The translations under genes were made by a program, and so were the position numbers. Positions 24,319-38,250 of a stretch of 64,000 nucleotides of DNA are shown here, piece after piece; the first letter of the stretch is position 1; every line of letters starts with the position of its first letter. Source of the DNA: Octopus bimaculoides (taxonomy: Eukaryota); the NCBI RefSeq assembly GCF_001194135.2, contig NC_068988.1:48196046-48260045 (forward strand), read 5' to 3'. A model generated the notes under the pieces. The model saw nothing but the letters and a program-made list of their open reading frames with translations, searched no databases and was not told the DNA's origin.

Positions 24319-26561
24319 TATATANNNNNNNNNNNNNNNNNNNNNNNNNNNNNNNNNNNNNNNNNNNNNNNNNNNNNNNNNNNNNNNNNNNNNNNNNNNN
24401 NNNNNNNNNNNNNNNNNNNNNNNNNNNNNNNNNNNNNNNNNNNNNNNNNNNNNNNNNNNNNNNNNNNNNNNNNNNNNNNNNNNNNNNNNNNNNNNNNNNN
24501 NNNNNNNNNNNNNNNNNNNNNNNNNNNNNNNNNNNNNNNNNNNNNNNNNNNNNNNNNNNNNNNNNNNNNNNNNNNNNNNNNNNNNNNNNNNNNNNNNNNN
24601 NNNNNNNNNNNNNNNNNNNNNNNNNNNNNNNNNNNNNNNNNNNNNNNNNNNNNNNNNNNNNNNNNNNNNNNNNNNNNNNNNNNNNCTGGTCATGCGCTAG
24701 AAGAAGATCACATGTCATGTGTCTCCTAAGACCGAATAATTCTCAAAGGGAATTTAGCGAAGCAACAAAAACGTAAAGCGGGCAAGACCAGTGAAAATTA
24801 CACAAAAAATACAATTATCTGCAAACATGTTTCGAAATTAACATTTTCTTACCGAAAATATCTTTTTCACATCAGTACAGAACGTTGGATAGATTTAATT
24901 TAGAGAATCGTATACTAAGTTGTACTCCACAAGGAAAGAACGTGTATACGGTTCTAAAAATTATACCTTCTACGGCAAAATTCAAAAGTCCTCGTTTTTG
25001 CGCGCTAAATCCGTAAATATCTCCGAGATACATAAGTACGCACGTACAAACAAACAAACAAACAAACAAACAAAAATACATACACACATACTGGTACTCT
25101 AGTAGTGATAAAGCTGTCTTTTGATAGACTACATAATGTAATGTGTATCTAATATTTTAACACAGCAGATTGTGTCTCTGAGTAATGTTGTTCGATTTTT
25201 GTTGCTCACTTTTCTGTGTTACCTGCTAATAGCGGTGTCTAGTTGAGCTTGTTATTAGAAAGATGTAAAGAAATTCTTTAAAGTACACTTTTGTCATACA
25301 GCATATTACCTTACTACTGTGTTTTTAGTTGATTTGTTTTTGTATTTTTGTAATTTATTATCTTTTACTAGTATGTTATAACGCTGACAGTAACATGTTA
25401 GTTTTCTTGAGACTATATTTGTTTATGTTCCTCATTTCAGTATTAACTATTACATTTATTTGAATAACTGATAAACTTTGTGTCAAAATATGGTATTTTT
25501 CTGCCAAAGATCACTCTTTTGGCACATTCATTACAAATGTTGGCAGGCTCAGTGACAGAACATTTAATTGCTTTATTGTTTTCGTCTTTCTCTCTTAATA
25601 ACCAAATACGGTTCAAGAGAGCTATATTCTTAGGAAGAATCTGTCTGCTATGTATTACAAAATTTAGACATGTTTTCTGTGAATTATGCGTAAATTTTGT
25701 TATCATCACTTGCTTTATCAAAATATGCCAAAGAAGCCCCCATTTTTATACTTCCCTTTACCTATTCATTTTTTCAAGTCTATACGAATAAATGGGAATT
25801 CTGATTAGCTTATTAAAATATTGCTTTTTTTCTGTATCATGTTCCACACTTTGTACTTGTTTTCAATATAATTGGATGATAAGTAAATAAAACAGGCGGC
25901 TAATTTATATTTTCATCGCTTTTTATCTCTGAACACTGGAAGCAAGCAAATCAAAAGGATCTCAATTGTGATTATATCATATTTTCGTTTCTAACTACAC
26001 CATACAGTGTACCAAATTTAAATATAAGTTACCGTTTGAGAAAACATTTTCTTATTTCTAGCAGATTATGCATTAGAGAAATATATTAATTTATTAGGCT
26101 CACTGAAAACTTTACTTCCTTGTGGCTGGAAATATTTTGAAGAGCATAACTAATACCACGCTCTTTAACGAGGCTGCATAGCAGTTGTCAAGAATAAGAT
26201 ATTGATTGAGTAGACCCACATGCCACATTTTCTGATTCTCAGAAGGTTGTGTATACTTTTCCTAATTGTTGTACGCTGCTTCGAATTTGTCAAATATAGG
26301 GTTTTATCCAGTATTCTAATTAATTTCATACAAAAGTTATTTAATTTAAAACCTGCAGTAGAATACACTCTGTCAATGCGCTACGTACTGGGATTGAACT
26401 TAGAAAGACTTGATTGCAATGTGGGTCTCCTAAACACATGGTTATACTTGCGCCTATATATGTGACACCTATATCTATATTTATATCTATATTTATCTAT
26501 CTATATATATATACACACACACATTGATACATACAAACATGCATACATAAACATATACATA

Positions 26562-26613
<52 letters not shown>

Positions 26614-27194
26614 TATATATGCATACACACATATATATACATATAAATATGTATGTGAATATATATGTATATATGCATATACACGCACAACACTTCTTAA
26701 TTCCTCTGGTGACAAAATATGTGCAATATAATATCGAATCAAGAGAGAAAAAAGATGAAAGTTGAAATGTTGTGCTAGGCAAATGCCAAAGCAAGTTGAA
26801 ATCTGATAAAAAATGCAGAAGTTATTGGAACATCAACATGATAACATGATTTTTATTACAAAAAATAAAAGCAGCATGATTAAATAATGTTAAAACATGG
26901 TTTAATAGAAGTAAAAAATATAGAAATTTGAAAACTGTGATGTTATAGCTTCACCAAAATATTTCAAAATCAATGGAAACTAACACGTAAAAAATTTTGA
27001 CAATTATTAGGATGGTCCTGATTGGACAAGTTGTGACATGCACGCAAGACCAATTTTGTAAAAGTATTTTAAAATTGCTAGAAAACAAAGAAGATATTGA
27101 AGCAGAAGAGATTTCTAATATATCAAGCTCAATGAGATCTGTGTACAGAAGGTGTGTGTACATGACTGATTCAAAGTTTATAACAGAATATGGA

Positions 27195-27238
<44 letters not shown>

Positions 27239-27270
27239 ATGAAAGAAAGAAGGAAGAGAAGAAAGAAAGG
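27195..27270. repeat. (AAAG)n tetranucleotide repeat
   Basis: Direct reading. Confidence 0.9.
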
Positions 27271-27621
27271 AGATTAGGAAATGTCATGCTATAAGTTCCC
27301 CGTAATCACCTGCTAATGCTCTTCGTATGAATACCTGAAAATATGCTATTAGTATGAGTAAGATGAATAAGTGATATAGTTTCTTGTTCCACTTTATACA
27401 CTTTTATATAATTCATGATGCTAATTTCTAATGAAATGGAATGGCTAACACAACGCTTATTCCTGTCATCTGGGACAAAATAATTGAACATGCTTGAAAG
27501 CATACAAATCAGTAGTTAAAAAAAGCTACATTTGACGGGGTCTCATATTTCTTGGCTGATAAATTAGTTCAGATATACAAACATATATTCATACATACAT
27601 ACATAGGTATACGCACGCACG

Positions 27622-27659
<38 letters not shown>

Positions 27660-28392
27660 TACATACATACATACATACATACATACATACATAATACATG
27701 AATACTGATAGACAGACATCGTACATAGATACACACAGATATATATGCATTTAATTAATTACGCAAATAATTTTGCTCACAATCAAGTGCAAAAATGTTC
27801 AATGCTAGTAGTGGGGCTCATAAATATTTTGAATGCGCATTAGGGTTTATCAAAAAAAAAAAGTCAATAGTTTTCTTCAGCAAATGTTCTTGTCTTTTGA
27901 ATCTATATTTCTCAAAAAGTTTAATGTTTTATCATTCGATGATTTATATTAAGGAGAGAGATGGGGAGTGGAGGAGAGATGGGGAGGTGGAGGTGGTGGT
28001 AAGTAAAATGCGCAATTTTTTTTTAGCTAAGATTTTTTCCTCCGTTACTTAGCCAGTCTGTAACGCTTTCACGCAATTAGTTGAAAGGAACGGCGAAGGG
28101 CGAAAGAAAAAGGAGAGAGAGAGAGAGAAAAAGAGAGTAAGGTGAAGAGTGAGAGAGAAAGAGGGAGAGAGATGTGGTATTAAGTCTATAAAATTATGCA
28201 TAAGGTATATAAATTGTATAGTTAAAGTACATTAAGTAATCATCATATTCAAAATTCCTTCATTTTTCAATGGTAAGCAGATGATGCAGTTACAATAAAG
28301 GCTGCACTTTCAGGTTTTTGGGATAAAGTTTTCAGAACTAATCCAAAAAATTTACCATTAATTCCTTGAAATATTCACGGGTCCTGCTGCTG

Positions 28393-28426
<34 letters not shown>

Positions 28427-28637
28427 ACTACTACTACTACTAGTAGTAGTAGTAGTAGTAGTAGTAGTAGCTACAGTAGCAGTTCATCGCGAGGGAAATT
28501 TACTGACAAAATATATCGATAGTGTGTCACCAATTAGAGTTAGAAACTATTTTATTGAAGACAAAAACTATGAATTGATTTCCCTGCGGTGAATTGATGA
28601 CTGTGAACGTACCGGACGTGCCATAAAAGTAATATCA

Positions 28638-28876
28638 GTTTCATATTTCTTTACTGCCCACAAGGGGCTACACATGGAGGGGACAAACAAGGACAGACAA
28701 ACGGATTAAGTCGATTATATCGACCACAGTGCGTAACTGGTACTTATGTAATCGACCCCGAAAGGATGAAAGCAAAGTCGACCTCAGCGGAATTTGAACT
28801 CAGAATGTAGTGGCAGACGAAATACCGCTAAGTATTTCGCCCGGCGTGCTAACGTTTCTACCAGTTCGCCGCCTTT
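28638..28876 (-). mobile_element. SINE (GGCGGCGA family, variant tail TTAATCC...AGCCCCTTGTGGG) in left arm
   Basis: Full head-to-tail match to the family on the minus strand. Confidence 0.9.
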
Positions 28877-29009
28877 GTAGTACCCAGAAAGGAAAGAGGT
28901 AGAAGATTGCCAAATGCAGAATACAACCTCAGTACTGCCATACTTAGTTTGAAATTTTTTTATAATAATAACAATAATGACAATAACTATTACATGATAA
29001 ATTAGCTAA

Positions 29010-29745
29010 GAGAATGCCGTCGAGGTTTAGTGACACGTCTCCTCAAAGTCTCGAGGAACTTTCTGAAGATTTTTGTAGAATGATTTCACTTTTCTGCAAT
29101 GCAGTATTCAATTCCAATATTCTTCAACCTCTTTCGCAACCGTTTGAGTGTTACGGAGGTGCACCAATCACCACAGAAATAACTACCACCTTAGTCTTCC
29201 ACATTCTCTTTTTCTCTCTGGCTAGGTTCTGATAATTCTCAGTTATCTCAATTCCTTTGATAAACGCTCTATTTTCACATGATATTGCGACATCTATGAC
29301 CTTACTATTTTGTTTTGCTTTCTACAATCGCATCTGGTCTTTTAGCTTCAATAGTCTTTTCAGTATTTATGGAGAAATCCGATAAAGTCCTATAAATACT
29401 ATTCTACATCACCGCCTCTGGCTCGTGCTCAAACAGCTTTCCTATTAATTTGAATCTACACACTCTGCTAACATTCCAATGCACTCTTTTACAGACACAA
29501 TCACACCTGCGCTTATACTCTTTTTCAGCTAGCTTGCTGCATTTATTGAATGGATGGTTAACACTTTCGTCTTCTTTCCATAAAAAATATACATCCGCTC
29601 TCATAACTAGCGTTCTTTACTTCCAACATTCGTGGATTGTTGCACGAAATAACTATGTAATTCCTCTCTTTTCTAAGGTACTTGTTCCATCGCTCTTTTC
29701 ATTCTTGAATTGTCCAATTGTTACCGTGATTTGGAAATTTTTAGC
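29010..29745 (-). mobile_element. 3' fragment of an R4/Dong-like non-LTR retrotransposon (CCHC knuckle plus restriction-like endonuclease)
   Basis: Minus-strand translation: ESVNHPFNKCSKLAEKEYKRRCDCVCKRVHW...FEHEPEAV (ORF 29404-29604), then IEAKRPDAIV (RPD at 29332-29340), KVIDVAIS, RMWKTKVVVISVVIGAP, LQKS. This is the PD-(D/E)xK architecture of R2/R4-type elements. Confidence 0.82.
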
Positions 29746-29841
29746 CATTCATTGTGCAATAAAAATATTCAAACTAAGTATGGCAGTACTGATGTATTCT
29801 GCATATGGCAATCTTCTACCTCTTTCTTTTCTGGGTACTAC

Positions 29842-30081
29842 AAAGGCGGCGAACTGGTAGAAACGTTAGCACGCGGGGCGAAATATTTAGCGGTATTTCG
29901 TCTGCCGCTACGTTCTGAGTTCAAATTCCGCCGAGGTCGACTTTGCCTTTCAACCTTTCGGGGCCGATTACATAAGTACTAGTTACGCATTGGGGTCGAT
30001 ACAATCGACTTAATCCTTTTGTCTGTCCTTGTTTGTCCCCTCCATGTGTAGCCCCTTGTGGGCACTAAAGAAATAAGAAAC
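29842..30081 (+). mobile_element. SINE (same variant) in right arm
   Basis: AAAGGCGGCGAACTGGTAGAAACGTTAGCACG...AGCCCCTTGTGGGCACTAAAGAAATAAGAAAC. Confidence 0.9.
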
Positions 30082-30592
30082 TGATATTACTTTTATGGTA
30101 TGTCCGGTAAGTTCACAGTCATCAATTCACCGCAGGGAAATCAATTCATAGTTTTTGTCTTCAATAAAATAGTTTCTAACTATAAATGGTGACACACTGT
30201 CGATATATTTCGTCAGTAAACTTCCCTCACGATGAACTGCTGCTGCTCCTGCTACTAATGCTGCTGCTGCTACCACTGCTGCTGCTTCTTCTCCTGCTGC
30301 CGCTACTACTACTATTATCATCTCTCTGAGAACGACATGTATATATGTGTGTGTGAGTATGTGTAGCAACATATATATGTCTGTGTATGTGTGTTTGTTT
30401 GTGTGAATATAATATGATATTACTAACGGTAATAACATTAACAACAGCAATAGCAATAATAAATTTTGATTTAAGAACAAGCCCGAGATTTTGAGAGCAG
30501 CTGTTAGTAATACCATTGACCTCAGTATATGGCCGCTAGCATCTTTCATTGACACTGGATGGCAGAAAGACAAAGTAGAACACGATGACGTT

Positions 30593-30598
30593 AGTAGC

Positions 30599-30672
<74 letters not shown>

Positions 30673-30685
30673 AAGTAGTAGTAGT
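30593..30685. repeat. (AGT)n microsatellite
   Basis: Direct reading. Confidence 0.95.
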
Positions 30686-30796
30686 TATACTATATTTCCA
30701 ATAACTCTATTTGCATTGTGTGATTTTGCCCTAGATTGTAAGATAAATGTTTTAACCTAATTATATTTATCTATCGATCTATCACTTTCTTTTACC

Positions 30797-30890
<94 letters not shown>
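30797..30890. repeat. (CA)n microsatellite
   Basis: Direct reading. Confidence 0.97.
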
Positions 30891-30894
<4 letters not shown>

Positions 30895-30923
30895 TTACAA
30901 ACACACACATATATATGTATGTA

Positions 30924-30955
<32 letters not shown>

Positions 30956-31784
30956 CGTATATATATACATTATATATACATACATATATATGCATATATG
31001 AATATATACATGTATATATATATTTACATGTGTGTGTGTGTGTGTATGTATGTATGCATATGATATTATATCAGCAAAAATGTATGAATCATGTATGGAA
31101 TGGAAGTTATTTCCGTATTGAGCTGTATCCGTTGAAGCATGTTCAATGATTTTTGTCCCCAGATGATAGGAATATGTTTTTGTATTAGCCAGGTCATTTA
31201 TTTAGACATCAGCAAGATAAATTATGTAAAACTGTATAAACTAGAACAATAATCTATGTCACTTGCCCAGTTTGCTAATAACGTATTTGCAGCAATACAG
31301 TTTATACATATATACATATTAGAGGCATGACCAAATGATTATGGCAACTTCTATTTAAGTATATGAGCTCTGTTTTCGAGGTGTTTCACGTGTTATTGGC
31401 GCCATTTCTGTCCTCTGTGTGTGTGTGTGTGTATCTTAATTTTCGGATCTATCATGTTCCTGTATACATAACTCTCAATCAGTTTTATATATTGCAAATC
31501 TCTTCAGCTTCAGGCCTTATATTTTCGTCTTCTAGTATTTCCAAAATACTTTTAGAGTACGCGTCTGTAGAATGGTCAACCAACTGCACCTTTATTCAGG
31601 AGCAGTACATTTAGTTGATCGGAAAACAACGCTCTGTCAGTCTGTCTGTCTGTCTGTCTGTCTTTCACACACACTCTCTCTCTCACTCACTCTCTCTCTC
31701 TCTGTCTTTCACACACACACGCACGCACGCACGCACGCACGCACATATATATTCCACCTGATGAAGCGCCTACATATAGCATTT

Positions 31785-32130
31785 TGTTCGTCTTTACGGC
31801 ATTTTGTCCGTCTTTACGGCATTTTGTCCGTGTTTACATTCTGAATTCAAATTCCGCCAAGGTCGACTTTGCCTTTCATTATTTCGGGATCGATAAACTA
31901 AATATCAGTGAAACACTGGGGTCGATGTAATCGGCTAGTCTCCTCCCAAAATTTCAGGCCTTGTGCCTTTAATAGAAAGGTTTCTTCTTCTTCTTCTTCT
32001 TCTTCTTCTTCTTCTTCTTCTTCTTCTTCTTCTTTTTCTTCTTCTCCTCCTCCTCCTTCTTCTTCTTCTTCTTCTTCTTCTTCTTCTTCTTCTTCTTCTT
32101 CTTCTTCTTCTTCTTCTTCTTCTTCTTCTT

Positions 32131-32161
<31 letters not shown>

Positions 32162-32315
32162 TTATTATTATTATTATTATTATTTTTATTATTTTTGCCG
32201 AGGTCGACTTTATCTGTTATCTTTCCGCGGACGATAAAATAAGTACCAGTTGAACATTGGGGTCGATGTTATTGACTCAAATAACTGTGCTTGAGGAGAA
32301 ATTTGAAACTATCAT
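31785..32315 (+). mobile_element. Two SINE pieces (approx. 31785-31980 and 32195-32315) separated by (TTC)n and (TTA)n tracts
   Basis: Family central blocks present in both pieces. Small internal tandem duplication of GGCATTTTGTCCGTCTTTAC near 31790-31835. Confidence 0.8.
31981..32185. repeat. Compound (TTC)n-(TTA)n microsatellite
   Basis: Direct reading. Confidence 0.97.
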
Positions 32316-33205
32316 CATCATCATCATCATCATCGTCATCATTATAGAAGTGACTCTAAAATGTGAGTTATAGCTTTGACATATTATACTTATCATGTTG
32401 ATTTTTTTTTTATGCCTTCGTTATTTTTTCATATATACATATATTTTCTTAGAATGATGTTAACATTTGTTTATATATTTTACTTGATGCTTTTATTTAT
32501 CATATTTTTTGCTGCCTTTGTTGTTTACTTAAAAATGTTTGTGAAATGAAAATAGATTCACACTCGAATGTGAAAGACTAGCAGATTTACACAAATTTAA
32601 TCTAACAAACATCAATCATTAGATCACATTTAAAAGAACCAAATTTCTCGCGCAATCTATATAAATTTTACAACATAAATTTTATGTATATTTTCCCATT
32701 TTATGTAACGTTTTCTTTTATGAATTTCGATCTTAATTCTGTTCTGGCTTTGTTCATTTATTATATATAATTATTTAGACGTATTAATATATTTTAGTAT
32801 TCTTTTTTTTGTTTGTTTGTTTAAATATATTTGAAATGAAAATTGTTTAAATAAAATTTTAAATGTTAAATAATAAAAACACTTTATTTTTTGGTCAAAT
32901 GTTTGAAAATAGAAGTATGTTAGACAAAAATGATAAAAATATTGAAAACTTGAAATGCAATTTTTGTAGACGAATTTTAGAATTTATTGTAAAAGTTCGC
33001 ATTTGTTTTCTTATTTTGTTATTATTTTTTTCAATATCCTTCTGTGTTGGAAATATAACATCTGTGGAATCTTTAAATTTCTTACTTCATGTCTAAGCCA
33101 GCGTGTTGCTTATTCTTCTGCACCAGACATTCATACACACAGATGTATTTGTGAGTATATAGCTTATAACTTACACAGACGCATATGCAGCGATGCACAT
33201 ATACG

Positions 33206-33237
<32 letters not shown>

Positions 33238-33301
33238 CATATATATTTGTATATATANNNNNNNNNNNNNNNNNNNNNNNNNNNNNNNNNNNNNNNNNNN
33301 N

Positions 33302-33352
<51 letters not shown>

Positions 33353-33857
33353 CAGACATACACACACATAGGTATACATGTATATGTAGCCTATAGACAG
33401 AAGTACAAATACATTCGTGTATAAATAAATATCTGATGCTGAAGAATATGTATGTATATATACATATATATGTACACACACACACACACGCACACATACG
33501 CACACACACACACACATACATATATACATACATACATATACATATATACATGCATACACCGACATATATTATTTTTAGGTATGTGTATATAGAGACGGTG
33601 AAAGGAAAATAAGAGAAAGATATGTATTTAAGCGTCTATATATTGGTATTTCATATATGGCGTACAACGCAGACTAAAAGGTCAGTTGAAAGCATTGTGC
33701 ATAAAAAAAGAACGACGTAGGAATTCAACATGTGCAAAACAGCAATATTGAAAACCTTTCCACACAATGCGAAAAAACGTAGAAGCAGAAAGAACTAATA
33801 ATGTTAAAGATGATTATACATATGCACATATACATTTGTGTGTGTGCGTATGTGAGT

Positions 33858-33891
<34 letters not shown>

Positions 33892-35037
33892 TACATGTAT
33901 GTTTATATATGTATCTATATATATATTTATATATAATATAAGTGAACACACGCACATACGCATAAAAAACTTTCGCAAAAATTTTCAGCATAACAAGTTA
34001 TCAAATAATCTGCAGGTTTGGTTAAAGAGCATTATTTTGACGGGGTCTAATAGACAGAAATGTGTTCGCAAACGGAGATGTGACTGTCCGTACCTTAGAG
34101 ATGCAATATTACTTCTCAATTTATTGAAATTATGCCTCTTGCTATGGTCGTTGCCAGCAATCAACTGTAGGAGGTCGTTTTCTTTCGACAAGATCGACGG
34201 CAATGTCTTGTAATGCTGGGATTTACATTGTATTGGGCATAAATAGATAGTTGAGCTGTTAAAATATGCGAATACGCAAATTCGACTATCCGCCATATTG
34301 CTAGTCTAATTGATGACAACTTTATATACCATCTGACCTATGTTATTGGCAAAAGAAGCATTTTGGGTACGAATTCACAGAAAAGTGGTCATCTATTCGT
34401 CAAACTTTCCGTCGGGGGAATTCTACTCTGATATTTTGTTTTTCAAATATTAAGCGTAGAGAAATAATACGTTTACGTTCTTACTTAACAACAGTGAAGC
34501 ATTATAATAACTAAATAAATTTCTGCCATCCTCATGTACGCTAAACTGTACATGCATGCATATCTACATTGTGATTGCTTCATCTTTACAAATGAATGTC
34601 GTCTCCTTGTGCTTCGTTGGGAGAACATTTCTGACTTTCCGCCCATGACGTCTCAGATGACTATTCAGTCTCGCTGCACGTCTACGCGTATGCGTATAAC
34701 TCACGCAAGCGATTGCTTATTATTATCACAGCCTTAACATTGGAGCAGTTTTTTATTGCGATGTGATCCTGTTACTCGATGATCAGAACTTTTATTTCTG
34801 CGTCAACCAGAATTTCCTTTGTCACAATCGCCAATTATTGGAAAGTAGTCGATAGCTGACAAAGTTTGAAATACAATTTATGGAGGGTGGTTTAATTTTT
34901 TTTTTTTTTACCAGTTTCAAGAGTTGTTTACTTAACATTCGTAAAAATTGGAACAGAGCAACAGAATTCAACACATCATGACAACTCGAATTCTGAGACT
35001 AACATACATGTTTACGTCATATAACGTAAACTGGGAG

Positions 35038-35091
<54 letters not shown>

Positions 35092-35747
35092 ACTTACGCA
35101 TTCCTACTGTTACGTACTTACACTCCTGAATACATACCAAAATGTAACTTTCATTTTGTGACTTAAGGCATTTTATTGATTGTCAATAAGTAATAAATTT
35201 ATGTGAAGTTTCTTAATCAAGAATATATTAAACTATTAAACTGTGCAGTATCCATTTTTAGACTACTATATTCTTCGTACTCCCGTTACTCATGCGTTTT
35301 GCAAAATGCACTACGTGAATAAATTATCATACATTTACTGTTAATCATATTTTTGTAAATAGCACACCACAGATAGAATGCTGCTTTCTTGTTATCGCTA
35401 ACTATGTTATGCTAATTGTTTCCGTAATTTTACTGTAAACATCTCTCCATTCATTATAATCTAGTTACCCATATTAATATTACTAAATCATTTTGGTACT
35501 GGAGCTATGCTTCTTAACACCTCCACTTGCTATATTTTATTTAATCCGTTTGCATAAATACCGCTAATACTTACTACTAATTAAGCTAATATTCTTTTCA
35601 CTTTATACATATTTAAATTTAATTAGTAAATATTTATTGGCTCACTAAAGTATACAGAGACTTGTACGCCTACTAACACACACGCACTCACCTACACATG
35701 CGTACAAAAAAAATTTTCAAAAGCTAACTTCAGAATATATATGTATG

Positions 35748-35963
35748 TACGAGGAGATGTAAATGTATGTATGAGGGAATGTTGAACAGTTCCCAGTTTT
35801 AAGGGTATCACGAAAATCTTGGTTGGAGGTCTAACCTTTTTAAGTTCTTTCACATGGCTTAGAAAAACTGAAGGTTCGCTGCAATGAATGCTTGAAACTG
35901 AGAAAGGAAAATGTTGAGTAAAATCATAATTAACTTGTACTCCTGTATTTTCTTTTACCCAAA
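35748..35963 (+). mobile_element. Mariner-derived non-autonomous element (same family as 50652-50857), 3' TIR missing
   Basis: Aligns with 50652-50830 (GAAAAGTTCC..., GGTTGGAG..., TTTTACCCAAA). Confidence 0.65.
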
Positions 35964-36245
35964 TCGATGTAATCGATTTAATCCCTTTGTTTGTCCTTGT
36001 TTGTCCTCTCTGTGTTTAGCCCCTTGTGGGCAATAAGGAAATAAGAAACGTTAGCACGCCGGCGAAATGCTTAGCCGTATTTCGTCTGCCTTTACATTTT
36101 GAGTTAAAATTCGGTCGAGGTCGACTTTGCCGTTCATCCTTTCAGGGTCGATAAATGAAGTACCAGTTGCGTACTGCAGTTGATCTAATCGACTGGCCCC
36201 TTCCCCTCCCCAAATTTCGGGTCTTGTGCCTAGAGTAGAAAAGAA
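35963..36245 (+). mobile_element. SINE tail (variant) joined directly to a further SINE copy
   Basis: TTAATCCC...AGCCCCTTGTGGGCAATAAGGAAATAAGA is followed immediately by AACGTTAGCACGCC...GTGCCTAGAGTAGAA. Confidence 0.8.
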
Positions 36246-36374
36246 TATTGCAACTGTGACACTCTCGACTCTCATGATTATACGGTACAACACTACTTAA
36301 TTTGTTCTTCGCTTATGATAGCAGAATGTAAAGAGAGATTTCGCTGCTATTTCTTGCAGATGAAGAGGTACAAG

Positions 36375-36424
<50 letters not shown>

Positions 36425-36565
36425 NNNNNNNNNNNNNNNNNNNNNNNNNNNNNNNNNNNNNNNNNNNNNNNNNNNNNNNNNNNNNNNNNNNNNNNNNNNN
36501 NNNNNNNNNNNNNNNNNNNNNNNNNNNNNNNNNNNNNNNNNNNNNNNNNNNNNNNNNNNNNNNNN

Positions 36566-36627
<62 letters not shown>

Positions 36628-36983
36628 CTCCAATGAGTTACATGAAGGTATCTTACTGTTTAAGCAGACGCGTATTACAAAAGATGACCGGGTTTTCACA
36701 CTTCAGTAACAACAGAAAAATCACTATTTGTAGACAGGAAATAATTTACCCAGGAACTGATTTTGTTTAAAAGCTTGACTTCCAGAAGCATACGTACTAA
36801 ATATCGTGTTGTTTTTTTTCACACACAATCACACGCTATCACAAATATGTACTTATTTACATATATATTTATATACATTATCTGATAAATATATGTTTCT
36901 ACTTATTTCTATATATTCATATAACAATATATATTCAATACATATGCGCACGTGTGTGTATGAATGTATCTCTCTATCTCTCT

Positions 36984-37031
<48 letters not shown>

Positions 37032-37062
37032 CTTAGTACATATACGTACATTATTCGATAAA

Positions 37063-37109
<47 letters not shown>

Positions 37110-37629
37110 CTAATCACGTATACTTATGTGTATGTGGTATATACTGCACACTGAAGCGCACACAAACACATACACACATATACACAGCGCATATTATTTA
37201 TACATAAATATACGCGATTATGTGTATACAAATGTACAAATATATATGTATATTATGATCTGTGTATATATGCATTTTTATAACTGTGTAAAATATCATA
37301 CGTGTATATATGCGTATATACAGTTATGTAATAACATGTGTACATAAATATGCATAATTATACATATGTGCGCCTATGTAAGAATGCACACGCAATTATA
37401 TAACTATATATATGTACCCAGACACAATCTTATATACACCTACACACACGCACACACACGCGCACACACGCGCACACGCATATATATGTATGTCAGAGCA
37501 AATGAAAATTTTTTGATGTTTGTGTCGGCCTTTTGTTGCTGGGTAATAAACAAGAATTAAAACATATTGCTGAACATAAGGTCATGAGGTAACTTTAAAA
37601 AAAAAATCAATGAGAAACGCAGACAGTAA

Positions 37630-37710
37630 CATTAATGATGATGATAATGATGATGATGACGACGATGACGTCGACGATGATGCTGACGACGATGACCATG
37701 ATGATGATGG

Positions 37711-37741
<31 letters not shown>

Positions 37742-37934
37742 GGTGAAGATGATGATGATGATGATGATGATGATGATATGAACAACAATAACATTAAATA
37801 TCAATGCAATAAAAAAATATGTGCTTGGTTATTCAGTTAGACCCATGCAGTAATAATAAGACAACTGACATAATATTAACTGTAACAAAAGAGCCACTAC
37901 TGCTGCTGCTACTACTACAACAACAACAACAACA

Positions 37935-37990
<56 letters not shown>

Positions 37991-38050
37991 CTATTGTAGC
38001 TGTAGGACTTTTTAATAAATATAATACTGCTTCTACTGTGATGATGAGGG

Positions 38051-38105
<55 letters not shown>

Positions 38106-38192
38106 AATGACGACCACAGTAGCAGCAACAATAATAATAATAACAATTATAATAATGATGAAGATGATGACGACGACGATTACGACGAAGAC

Positions 38193-38225
<33 letters not shown>

Positions 38226-38250
38226 ATTGATGATGATGACGACAATAATG
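37630..38250. repeat. Cluster of trinucleotide microsatellites (GAT)n, (CAA)n, (CTA)n, (GAT)n
   Basis: Direct reading; it explains the poly-Asp/Met/Leu/Ser ORFs. Confidence 0.95.

Larger units (their letters stand above)
28474..30246. repeat. Long inverted duplication 1: arms 28474-28962 and 29758-30246, spacer ~795 bp
   Basis: The arms align as reverse complements across SINE and unique flanks on both sides, e.g. GTAGTACCCAGAAAGGAAAGAGGTAGAAGATTGCC vs GGCAATCTTCTACCTCTTTCTTTTCTGGGTACTAC, and GAAGACAAAAACTATGAATTGATTTCCCTGCGGTGAATTGATGACTGTGAAC vs its complement at ~30112-30163. Confidence 0.92.

Noticed and set aside
26997-27242. Protein-like ORF (LLENKEDIEAEEISNISS)
   Set aside because: Short, runs into an (AAAG)n repeat, and has no recognisable family or splice support.
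31758-31790. CTGATGAAGCG half of a hammerhead
   Set aside because: Truncated by a SINE; no GAAA or stem partner follows.
33975-34420. 103-aa ORF and possible Helitron helicase-like words
   Set aside because: No convincing PIF1 or Rep motif could be read.
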